This document shows positions 49,101 through 61,121 of a stretch of 64,000 bases of DNA, in pieces. The stretch is from contig NMRA01000126.1 in the NCBI GenBank assembly GCA_002633005.1, positions 202,979 to 266,978 of the forward strand, in the 5' to 3' direction. The position numbers were made by a program, and so were the translations under genes. This stretch comes from Phoronis australis (lineage: Eukaryota > Animalia > Phoronida). How positions within the stretch are numbered: position 1 is the stretch's first letter; every line of letters starts with the position of its first letter. Below the pieces are notes generated by a model that did no database searches, was not told the DNA's origin, and worked only from the letters and a program-made list of their open reading frames with translations.

Positions 49101-51211
49101 TCAGTGAAGGCTACCAGTGGTTTCCCTTTCCTGGAGCAGCCCGGTAGAGATTATCATGTTTATGGTAGACCTAAGAGCGCGGAAGCCGCAATGGATTATA
49201 GTTATAGCTTTTCTGCTAAGTTATTTGCCGCCTCTTGAGAACAAGTTAAACTACGACCAGCCTGAAAATACTCAAGGCGGGGATGGCGCGGTAGTCATTA
49301 CTGTCCTGCCATGTCGCCCTTATTTTTAAATAGCGTGACGATTTTGCGTTCCTCGTGTCCTGGGTCAATCCATCACCTCTCGAGCAGAGGCAAAGAATTC
49401 AAAGTAATTCAGAGTAACTGATAGTTTCCTTGAATCATTTTGAAATTTCGACGGGAGTAGTATCTTCCCCAGTCGTCTTACATTTGGTCAGACAATCCAG
49501 CTACTAGTGTTGGGTTCTCAGTCACGTTCGTCTGTCATAGGCAGGTACTCAATGGAGTTTCAATCATATTCTTTTTAATTATATTCTGCCTTGTAGTTAG
49601 GGTGTGCAAATGTATCTCTTGCTAGGTTGAAATTTTTTATGTGCGCCAGTAATGCTGTCGATCACAGGGGTGAAAACATCGATTTTATTTTAGAACTAAT
49701 GGACGATATCTGATTTACAAGGGAATCTATGAACAACCAAATTGCATTGCGATTCAAACACATTTATTCGCCTGAATAGATATTCACAAAATAAGTTCCA
49801 AAATAGCAAGTTGTGTTATATTACTTTAACTTCCTTAGTTTTAATTAATATTCTCACATCATGCTTTAAAATGACAAGTTGGCAATTGCTCTCATTTAGA
49901 ACTAACAATCACTGAAACACTGAGTAATGACACTGAGAGAAACTAAGGCTGGCGCATGGCAAAAATTCTCAATCATGTAAGATAACATTCACACAGCGGA
50001 GTAGGAGGGGGTTTTGAGAGGGTATCGCCTCAGCAGCACCCCCAGACAGATCGTCGTAGACGTAAGCAGGGCGGCGCAAAATTATTTGTGACCGGGGAGG
50101 AAGGTCACAAGAAACTGGCGACGAAAGGCTGCCCGAAAGTAATGGGACCAGGGGTGGGGTTGGATCAGATCCGTCCCAGGTGACGACCATCCTGGGTGCG
50201 CCACTGCTCACGAAGCATTGACGACTGTTCATTTCGTGGGACCGGTGAATGTTATACCCATGTTGCGCGACACGACTTAGGTCACAATTTTAAAATCTTT
50301 TAGAACTTCAAAATTAGTTTCAATTGTTTGGTCCCGTTCAGTGAATAGGTGTTGATTCTGTGACACATCACAAATTCTGCAAATACATACTTCACACAAC
50401 ATATTATCATGACGTTTAATATAACAAATGTGAATAACAGCTCCTTGTTGGTACAAATATGATAAATTTTGCAAACGTATATGCGCGTATTATAGTAATT
50501 GGCTACCTTCGTTACCAAGAACTAAATTTCTTGAAAACCTTTTTAACTACAAATGGTAAACACATAAAAATGACCCCAAATGTTCGTAATTACGTGACCG
50601 TGTTCTTTTTCAAAAAACCTGACTAGTCACGGAAGATCGTCATAATTTCCACAAAAGTGATTTTTTTCGGATGAAACTTGCAAATTCCGCTTCTTTGTTT
50701 TATTAGCTTTAACAGCGTATTTGGGATTTTCTTTTATGACCTTTAACCCCCGAATCCCACAGCCAACTAAAATGTAGAACATACCTTGATACTGACATTA
50801 AAATAAATTCCCATGCACGTTTAGTAGCGAATAGAACTGAGAAACAGAGTATACAAGCTTCGTTCAAAAATATGTTTGTCGGAAATACGGCGATCTCCGT
50901 GAAAAAATCCCGATTTCAGAGAAGACACACAATCACGTGATTACGAACATTCCCGTAATAAGACTGCGATTTTAAAAATATATATTTGAAGTCTTCTCTT
51001 AATATTTGAAAATTTGATCCTTGGTAACGAAGGCACCTCATTTCTGAAACCATGCGCCTGTTAGCGAACATGTGTCCATAACCAGAAATAGGCACATGCA
51101 CCCATCAACAAAACATATGAGGATAAAAGGAACTACTTTTAAAATAGTATGTGACTAAGACTCGACTTATACGTTACAAAACGGTAAATAATGACGACAG
51201 TATTGAATTAA

Positions 51212-51525
51212 GGTTATGTAAGGCCTGCTTTTTTACTTTATACTAATTTGCCATTAGTAGTCACCTGACCATTATTTTAGCAAAATTCACCAAAAATGTA
51301 TATTCAAAGCAAAAACAACGGCTTCAATAGCGTGACCAAATGTTATTGGATATAAATGTTCGATAAAAAATTTCCAAAACGCTGTTACAGTTTCCTAAGT
51401 TATCGTTGGGAAACAGAGCATAAGCCGTAGTAGTGACAGATTCGTATGAATCTGATCAACCATTTATGAAATATCATAATCCATAATTATCCAAATTTGG
51501 AATTTTTATTGGATTTTACATAACC
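51212..51525. mobile_element. Kolobok-like MITE
   Basis: TTAA|ggttatgtaa ... ttacataacc|TCAA (10-bp TIR, TTAA-like TSD). Confidence 0.55.
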
Positions 51526-51882
51526 TCAACTATTAAATATTACAACGAAGGGTACAAATGATGGACAAAAGACAGTGACGATAAACAACCAATTTAAGGC
51601 ACGCTCAAATACAAGGAATAGTCCCAAGCGCCTATACGCGCTATTATGCAAGTCTAACTTGACTTATCTAGTAAATCTGGTAGATACTGACTTTTCAATT
51701 TAACACTAACTATTACATAACAAGAATTAAAGAGGGACAAAAGGCATATAGTTGAGCAATTTTTGAAAAAATAATTTTTTCATACAAAGCTGCATGGGTA
51801 TATAAATACAGGTATATTAGGTACGTTCTGTCTTTTCTGTTGGTTCATCTATAGATAAAATTGGTAGATAGGATAATAAACA

Positions 51883-51940
51883 GAGAGAGAGAGAGAGAGA
51901 GAGTAAGAGAGAGATGGGGGAGAGAGAGACGGGAGGAGAG
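51883..51940 (+). repeat. (GA)n-rich microsatellite
   Basis: Directly visible. Confidence 0.9.
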
Positions 51941-54272
51941 GACAGACAGTTAGCTAGAAAGACGATGAGCATACAGGAAGATAGACAGGTGTCATTATCA
52001 TTAGTTTGTAACATAGTACACGACCACTGATACTTCTGCCCTATGATAGGCTACAACACTGTTCGACGACTTCCGCTATGAGATGATGCTACCAGGCATC
52101 CCATGAATATCACTTTCAAATCGCCCACTTCAGATATCGCTATTCGTAAACGAACTGACCAATTACAGGCTGCAAAAACCATAAACACGTAACTGAGTAA
52201 AGAAGGTTAGCGAGCGGAGGATGGTGGTACACCCAAGCAGGAAAAACGTGCTAACGAGGAAATTAGAGGAAAGAAACATCAGTGGCTGTATAAAAACGCA
52301 TATAGACCGATCCAACGGTCATGTCAGGTTACGTGGACATTGGGAAAGTATCGTTGCAGTCCCTCAGCCCCATGTAGCCTGACCTTGCCCTCTGGATTGG
52401 CTCATGTATATTGTAGACAATCGTATACTTTTACGACACCCAATCAATTGTAAATTATTATTGGATTAGGTCTGCATATTTTGCACAAAAAACATTTGAG
52501 AGGCGTCATTTGGAAAATGTACAATCGTCTTTTACTTAGCGAAACTATGCACAGATCTATTGAATAGCAATAGAAAGTTTTTTAAATCTTCTGCGCAAAA
52601 AAACAAAGAAATATACACGCACAACAGAATACAATGCAACATTTTGAAAAAGTCAATATTTTGTTAAATTATTGGGTTTATTTTTTCGACGTACAAATGT
52701 AAACGACTCAGCTAATAATTGCCATCACCCTTCCGGTCATCACTCAGGTCTGCAAACCTTCACAACTCCAAACCTATTTATATCTGAAAAGGTATAAAAT
52801 CTACCTTTACCGCCACGACAGTAAAATACACCTTGGTTATTGCTACACGAAGTACAGGAATAGGCCTACATGGACCGCCAACTGCTAGGCTGTGACCTGC
52901 TACGCTGGATTCCTGATTTTAGTCGACTCTTGGCCAAATCCTTTTGATGTAATGATTGAAGTTCGCAGAAGCGTAGACATGAAACACCTCCAAAGCATAA
53001 TTTGAAGGTATGAAAATACCTGAGGTGTTCCGGACGCATGGTCGCTAGTTGTAGGCCACGGACTGAACGCGCAACATGACTTCAAATATTTTTTCAACAT
53101 TTTGGGACATCAGCCAAAACACGTGTATTAATTATATTCGTATCTAAAACAAACGCATTTAAGCGGTTTTCTATATCTGAATTTATTACCACGCTTTATA
53201 ACAGAATTTCTTACAATGGGAACTATTTTGTCGATTATGTTTTGTTCAAAAGCATTGGTATATATTTGCACTAGATGTATGACATTAGCTTACCAAACAA
53301 AGCCTGTCTCAATCCAAATCATCGTTTTCCAGTTGAAAACGCTGGAGTAGGTGTGGTTAAGTTTTCACCCTCGTATGAACCAGAACGTCTCTGCCCTGTT
53401 GAAAATAAATAATATTTTAATTACATTTTCATGGAGATTGCTCTGCGGTAAAACCCAACGCATTCAGGCATAGTGGAGCACTTGTGACTTTTTTCCAAGA
53501 TAATGCATTTTCTTTAAAAAAATATTTATCTCGCATGTTTCAATGATAAGCAGAGTAAATACGTTGTATTGCGGGCTTGGCCGTATACTGTTCTTTTTGC
53601 CGTTTTTTTCATAGCTACCACCGACGCTAATTATGCTATGTCTCAACATTGATGCCAATCCTCTTCGGAAAGTCCATACCAGCTTTACGCGGTTGACTGC
53701 GAGTCTGTGATTGGAAAATCATGTAAAAATCTTAAAGGTAATCCCCTCCTGCAGGGATAGTTCACTAGAGAGCATTTTCTACGCGTTAAATGCGAACACG
53801 AACGTGTGAGTTACCAGAGATCACAGGTTCACGTTCGCGTATGCGTTCTGCTCCACTTTTTTGTTTCGGCTACATGTACGCCTAGTTAAGTGGTAGCACT
53901 ACAGTCAACAAAAGAATGGCATACTATGACCTGTTGGATTAGACACTCGTGGAAGATGACTTCGACTTACTGGTCTTGACTTCACGTATATGACAGACGA
54001 GTCAAGGTTTTAATTTGGTAAGCAGCTTACCTCTGTGTTTCAACCACTGATGTTTAACATAGAACTAGAACGTGAATTGTGTTTTGTTAATTAAAGAATA
54101 ACTGACTTCCCCAAAGTAATATCCCTGAGTCTAAAATTGTTGAGCAGTTGAGCAGCTTTACCCAGTCACCTTTATCGTAGCCAGAAGTATTCAACAGGAA
54201 AAGATCCAGCCCCAGCCTATCCGTTAAAGATAGGATATAGATGGACAACAACAACAAAATTGTTGCACCTAC

Positions 54273-54434
54273 CAGTGGCGGATTTAGAGGGGGACCACAG
54301 GGGCCATGGCCCCCCTAAAATTCTCCCAGATTCCATTTGGCAGTCCGGCGGTACCTATGTCTGACGGGCAAAATCCTGGCTAATTCTCTGTCCTGCCCCC
54401 CACCCCCCATTTCAAAATCCTGTGTCCGTCCCTG
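54273..54434. mobile_element. Short hAT-type MITE; further fragments at ~54518-54687
   Basis: cagtggcggattt ... aatcctgtgtccgtccctg with G/C-run subtermini. Confidence 0.6.
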
Positions 54435-55180
54435 GCTACTGGTACCTCTATCCATAATTATAACTAAGTTAGTAATAATTTTGAATTGGCTTCTGATTCA
54501 AATCACTTCACGTAATCATCGGGCCGTACCCGGCCAACTTCGCCCGAGTGGTGTTTGCATAGANGGAGGCTATAGCCCCCCCCCCCTCCCTAGCCCCCCT
54601 GTGGTACACTGCCCGTAGACCATGGACGCCGGAGCACTGAAAAAGTGAGGTTATAGCCCCCCAGCCCCCTACGGTGCGCCGCCCATGACCTGTATGGCAG
54701 CGAGAGAGCTCCCAAAAAGTGGTGCGGTGTGAATGCCTTAAAGTTGACCAAGAAACAATTAACAGCAGAATATAGGTTTGTTATCTGCTATTTTGGTAAA
54801 CTTGCTAGCATAATACGGTAAAGTGCAACCATTTTCAAATTTCGAATTGGAAGTGATTGTCAAATATGTCTTTCATCCAGTGTCCGGTGGATGACATGCA
54901 TGCGTGTACGCATGTGTGCTTCCATTTTTTTAAATTCAGTGCACGCCGACGGTAAGTTCACTATAGACAGTCTTTCGTCGTCGCTCAAAAACCAGACATT
55001 TAACTACCGTGTTTTCTGGCACTGAGAAAACCCCGGCGAGCATGTTCACATTATTGGGGAAAAGTAGGTCTAGAGCTAATAAAAAACGTTGGTCAATGAA
55101 GAAAGTATTACCCTGTCAACCAGTGGTATTAACCTCGTAGACTTCATGCGAGCAAAAAACTTGATGGAGAAGATTTCTAC

Positions 55181-56066
55181 GGTTACATGTCACTATTTCG
55201 AAGGTCCACTACTCTGAAGGTCCACTGCTCGATCTTAAGGCTCACTAGACCGAAGGTTCGCAACCTTCGAAACTTCACCACTTCGAATGTTCACAATTAT
55301 GAAACCAGAACTCCGAAGTTCACTGCTCTGATTGTGTTCTAATGAGTCGGAACTGACACGAATAAAGTATTGTGTTTGTGTCCATTTAGTAACCCAAAGG
55401 GTGTGCAAGAATTGAATTGTTCTTAGAATACTGATTTCTTCGTTTACAAATGAGCCCAGTTCCAATCACCGCCAATCGTGATTCTTGAATCTAACTAACG
55501 ACTCATTCTCAAACAGGGACAACGTCTGGGGCACGGGTCAGGGTTGTGGCGACCAATGGCGGTTATAAATTTACGAAGCCTGAATGGGACTCTCTGATTT
55601 CGTGAAGACTGGCAGGGTAGCCTAGTAACCACATTTTAGTGTCGACCCGGCCGTGCGCGTGGTTCCGGTGGGTGAGGATGAGGCGCAGCGGCCCTAAACT
55701 TTTCAGTGGCGTTGTGAAATTATGAGACTCTTGACATGGATTTAATGAATGTATCGTGGTTGATAATTCATCAACATTCCTACTTCACATTCTTTTCAAA
55801 ATGCCAGTACATACTCATTTTCCGTATTCGTAAGACGTGCAGGCAATTTCGCATGCGCATAAAATCCAAAGAAAGTGTTTTAGTACCTGGGTGTTGTTTT
55901 ACACCACTCAGTGCATCTAATAACCGAAGTAGGCCTACTGTTTATTTTTGCATGTAAAAGTATAAAAATTACACCTGAGTCCGAAATTTTTTAGATTTTT
56001 GGAGTATAGAACCTTCGTAGTAGTGAACCTTAGGAGTAGTGAACCTTCGGAACAGTGGTTGTTCCC
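55181..56066. mobile_element. Non-autonomous DNA element with ~16-bp subterminal tandem repeats inverted at the two ends
   Basis: cactactctgaaggtc-type units at 55191-55330 and gtagtgaaccttcg units at 56009-56058. Confidence 0.6.
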
Positions 56067-57229
56067 ATTTCCAGCGATTTAAGCAAATTACAAGCAACAC
56101 GCAAAACCATAAGATAAAAAAATTCGTCAAGTCATTCCGCGACTAAATATTTCCGTCTGAGTATGTAATGAGGTGTAATCACTCGTTTAAGCACCCCTGA
56201 TTTGAAAGTTTGGCAGGAGGTAACGCGAGAAATTTCTCTTTCTGCAGGACCCCATTGCATCCGAATGTGAGTCCCGTTCTTCGCGAGCAACTGTCACGGC
56301 ATCCACATTTCTGGTATTACGAGTTCCGTCTCATCTCAGGAACATAGAGCTGAGAGTCACTTTTGTGTATACCGATTTCCCTTCCCCCTAATTAACCTGC
56401 GTCCATTGCCTTACCGAAATCTCTACAGTGTTGACGTTTGCAAAATATTAGTATCAAAGATCCACTGTTCTAGAAATTTGAACCACTCCCATGCAATGCT
56501 GGCTACGGGTCTGAACGTGGGGTGCAACCTTTGGACACTGTAATGAACGGNTGCATCATAACTTAACACAATGGTTTAATATTGTGTTTATGTTTACTGA
56601 CTTAAATGACTGAGAGGGTTTTATTTTATTTTATTTAATTCAACGAGTAAGCCTATTGTAGGGATTTATTTTGAATTTAGAAGGGATCAAACCTCTATGA
56701 AAAATGAAACTACCAACTGGACCCTAACTGTATGAAATGGTGTTTTTATCATTCTGATTCTCTAAAACCATAAGTGTCCTAACTGAAAATAAGCCTACCC
56801 TGTTCAAAATAGTGGAGTGCACAGCCCCCCCCCCCCCCCCCCCCCCCCTCCCCCCTTGGCTACGCCAGTTCCAGTCACTGCCGTACTTTGTCCGGTAATT
56901 TCAACATGTCATAAGTGTCTCAGTGGCGTAGCGAGGTGCGGGGCGGGGGAGTGGTACAGTTGTTCTCGGGCACTAGAGAGGGTTGCGGGTGAAAAAAATA
57001 AGTGGCGATTGGGGCAGGCCGGAAGGATAAGTAACTTCTTGGCGACAGGGCCAGAGGCCGAAAGAGTCAAAGCTATACGCCCGGGGAGTCATCACTATAC
57101 ATGTACCTTGCCCCGGTGAAGGCAATCAATATTAATATTGAGACATATACACATGGCCATAGGCCCCAAGTATATCATGTACAAGACAGAATATTGTTAG
57201 GTGCCACGTTTAAAACTGGATAATACATT

Positions 57230-57595
57230 ATGACGCTTGAGAGCGTGATGGGCGAATTTAATAAGTAGGCTATCTGGAGTTCTCATGAGAGAATCAAATT
57301 TAGATGTCGTGGGAGAATGACAAAAACGATCAATTAAGTACTTAACCCGAAGGTCTTGGTAGGCCTACGCACTACAAACTAACACAACGTGGTATTCGTC
57401 CTCTACACACCCAGAATTACATAATTCACACAACCTGTTTTTATAGGGAATATTTGTGAAGCGACCTCTTTCCGCTAGTAACGAATGATTTGAACATCGC
57501 AATTGAGTCAGAGACTGGATAAAAACACGTGGGATACCAACCATTTCTAGATAATTCTCAAGATGATACATTGTTTTGTACCCCCACATAGTAAG
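57230..57595 (-). mobile_element. LINE ORF2 C-terminal zinc-binding fragment (RTE-X-like)
   Basis: LRCSNHSLLAERGRF...RLCELCNSGCVEDEYHVVLVC, then AYQDLRVKYL...KFDSLM after a disruption. Confidence 0.75.
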
Positions 57596-59200
57596 GCAGT
57601 TTTGCGTTACATTCGATATCTGATTGCCAACCTTGCAAATAACAGTCGTTGACACGATGAGAAAAAACAGTCAAGAAATACGCTTGATTTACCAGGTATG
57701 TAAAACTTACGCCGTCATTTTTTTCTGATACCAAAAGTCAGTGATTTGGGGCAAAAATGTAGAAAAAACTTTATGTTCAATTCACAAACTAGTGATTCCT
57801 GTTTGCCTTAAATATTTCTAATCAAAGCATTCCTCTTATTTGCGTTCACGAAATAGTACCGAGTGTTCTGGTAAGACACATGGTAATAGTTTTGCAGTGT
57901 AACCCATTAACACTTCATTACTGACTTTATGAGAAAAATCAGCAACGCGACGAGGGCCTCACTCAGAACAAAGATCGTATTTCAAAGGTTCAACCGGGTA
58001 ATACAGGGGAACTAAGCCACACTATCTCCTCAGTGAATGATCAAACATTACAAAGTTGCATATGAATTTAACGTACTATTAAGATAAATCGGAAATTAAA
58101 ACTCTGTTTGTGCACTTAGCGAGATCAACTGTCTCCACCTTGTTACCGTCCGTTTGACAAGACTGAACGCGAGAATGTAGGACAACATTGTGACGTAGTA
58201 AGGAAAAAAGTGATGTTCGCGCGCGTTTATCGTGTAGCCGAGGCTACTGGCCGTCGGTACAGTCACCAATTACCCTCCCGTCCTATGATATGTTTTCGAT
58301 TGACGGTAACGTAGTATGATGGCTAAAAGCTTATACCTCAGTTTCAGTGACCTCCACTGAGTCGCGACCGTCTGCTCAACTGATACCCTTTTTGATTGAA
58401 AATATCACAGACACAGACAATGCGCACTAGTGTACGAGAGTAGTCAAGCTTTCGCGCACGCTTAGAATTACCCTCTGACACAGCGCCACCTGTACTGAAA
58501 AGTGGCCCTCTTGAAACATGATGAACGACACATGGAATTCCGCGCCGTGTGGGCATCAATGCGCATGCTTGATCGGAAGTTTATCGATCACATCGCCACC
58601 ACTTGCACACGCTTTCAATGCACTGTTCTTGTTTGGGCTTAGCCACGGGATCGGGGTTTCTCTTGATTTTGTTTACTTCGACCACTGCCCGTTTTAATAA
58701 ATTGCAACACTGTTCAAGTCAAATGGGGTCCCCATAGCCTACTACGTAACAGTAAACTGAAAGGGGTTTCCCAGATTTCTACCAATGTTATGTCGTCGGT
58801 TTCATTACCTAACGAATGAAAAGTCATGATAAACAACATTCCAAAGTGCTACCTTTCGTAGCACTGTGAAAGAGTGTAGCTTAGAACCGGGAGGTGACTT
58901 TCGCTAAATTAAAGTTGACGTCACACATCCGGATAACCGCATAGCGCCACATGCAGTATTTTTCACAACTACACTGAGTCGCTGAAATGTACGGTGATAT
59001 GTCAAAAACAACTTAAAACGTTTTGGATTAATGTACTTAAGAATTGGTTATGAATTAAGGTACATAATTAGAGGAATTTTTCATAGCTAAATGTTATTTT
59101 ACCTGCTCTACATAGGCTGACACAAAAATTTCATAAAACGAGTGGCAGGGATCCGTCAGAGCTGATGTATTGGCTATTAGGGAAGATTTCCACCTCTTAC

Positions 59201-59407
59201 CTGTGCATCGGATTTCGTCTTCGCCTTGGCTGCAGTCATTTTTCATGTCGCACAAGTTGGCATTACTGATACAGCTCATGTCACTCACGCAGAAGAACTC
59301 GTCCTTCTTGCAAGATGTCGGCAGTGCACTTCCCGCCAAAGAGCTTGAAGCTGGTGCCGACGACTCCCCCTCCTGCTCCGACGGAATTGCTGTAGTCGTC
59401 ATCTCGT
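59201..59407 (-). CDS. Exon encoding a Ser/Thr-rich linker plus one LDL-receptor class A module; parent gene unidentified
   Basis: CKKDEFFCVSDMSCISNANLCDMKNDCSQGEDEIRC (6 Cys, D-x-x-x-D-C-x-x-G-E-D-E); tgtag acceptor, gtaag donor, phase 1/1, 207 nt. Confidence 0.85.
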
Positions 59408-59502
59408 CTACAGTTTCGAAATACAAACGTTGTGTAGTACAAAAAGACATTTTGAGAGTCACGAATATATACAAAGTTGTGCAAGCCATGTCTCATAAAT
59501 CA

Positions 59503-60870
59503 AACAAGAGCAACGCAGAGCGTTGAAATGCGCCCACAATTGCACCGTATATACGGTATCCTTCTAGGGTTGTTTATTGGTACCATAAAGTGGCCAGTAG
59601 AGGGCATATATGTAGTATGTTGTACTTTGCAAAATGGAAAGGCATGGTCATTGTCTCCTCAANNNNNNNNNNNNNNNNNNNNNNNNNNNNNNNNNNNNNN
59701 NNNNNNNNNNNNNNNNNNNNNNNNNNNNNNNNNNNNNNNNNNNNNNNNNNNNNNNNNNNNNNNNNNNNNNNNNNNNNNNNNNNNNNNNNNNNNNNNNNNN
59801 NNNNNNNNNNNNNNNNNNNNNNNNNNNNNNNNNNNNNNNNNNNNNNNNNNNNNNNNNNNNNNNNNNNNNNNNNNNNNNNNNNNNNNNNNNNNNNNNNNNN
59901 NNNNNNNNNNNNNNNNNNNNNNNNNNNNNNNNNNNNNNNNNNNNNNNNNNNNNNNNNNNNNNNNNNNNNNNNNNNNNNNNNNNNNNNNNNNNNNNNNNNN
60001 NNNNNNNNNNNNNNNNNNNNNNNNNNNNNNNNNNNNNNNNNNNNNNNNNNNNNNNNNNNNNNNNNNNNNNNNNNNNNNNNNNNNNNNNNNNNNNNNNNNN
60101 NNNNNNNNNNNNNNNNNNNNNNNNNNNNNNNNNNNNNNNNNNNNNNNNNNNNNNNNNNNNNNNNNNNNNNNNNNNNNNNNNNNNNNNNNNNNNNNNNNNN
60201 NNNNNNNNNNNNNNNNNNNNNNNNNNNNNNNNNNNNNNNNNNNNNNNNNNNNNNNNNNNNNNNNNNNNNNNNNNNNNNNNNNNNNNNNNNNNNNNNNNNN
60301 NNNNNNNNNNNNNNNNNNNNNNNNNNNNNNNNNNNNNNNNNNCTAGGAGGCGCCACAGTAGTCGAAATCGTCGGAAAATCATCGTCAACCGTCCTCTACA
60401 TAGTAAGCATATACATGCCAATTTTCACAATCATCCTTTGAGCGGTTTGGTTGATAGAGGGGTTGACGCACAAAAACACAATCGAAAACACTAAAAATGG
60501 CCACTAGGTGGCGCAAACTATGTCTAATCCATCTGAAAACGGGAGGATAGCGTCATCTCACTAATAAGTGCCTACATACCAAATTTCATGAAAATCCGTT
60601 CAGGACTTTTGAAGATACAAAGGTAAGCGTAAAAAACTAAAATTGCCACTAGGGGGCACACCGGTAGTCGAATCCGTCCGAATGTTCGCACATGCCGTCC
60701 CATTCATGAATGGAACATATGTGCCAAATTTCATGAACATATGTCAAAGGGTTTTGGAGACAGAGCAGCGGACGCCGGACGCCAGACGCCGGACGCCGGA
60801 CGGACGCCGCCCGTACGGACGGACGGAGATGACGGCATAATGCGTCCACATATAAATATGTGGGCGCATA
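59503..60870 (-). mobile_element. HINE copy F (complete ends, internal assembly gap 59663-60342), closely related to copy B
   Basis: subTIR pair atgcgcccaca / tgtgggcgcat, 3' stem-loop, GACG/GTCC microsatellite at 60770-60825, core monomers. Confidence 0.85.
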
Positions 60871-61121
60871 GAAATACAACCATCTGAAAGACGGTAAAAG
60901 CGCTTCAATCAATGTCTCCTCGTGCAATGATTCATAATGACCTTTTTACGGACAGCAAAGACCCGATGCACTCCTGCAGCATAGATTTGTGGGATGGCCT
61001 TTGAGTTCACCAACCTCTCATGAAGGAGCAGTCAGAGAGATCAAAGATCACCTGCTCGGTAAGCAGACAGTAAATATTGGATTGATGCCATTTCTTAACT
61101 CCTATGATAAACCGTACTTCT

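Noticed and set aside
48879-49329. 119-aa and 70-aa ORFs
   Set aside because: No recognisable domain or convincing splice context.
56817-57119. Polyproline ORF
   Set aside because: Poly-C subterminal tract of hAT-type MITE fragments.
1171-59503. HINE 3' ends lie 70-280 bp from splice acceptors
   Set aside because: The host introns that can be measured are only a few hundred bp without the elements, so proximity is expected.
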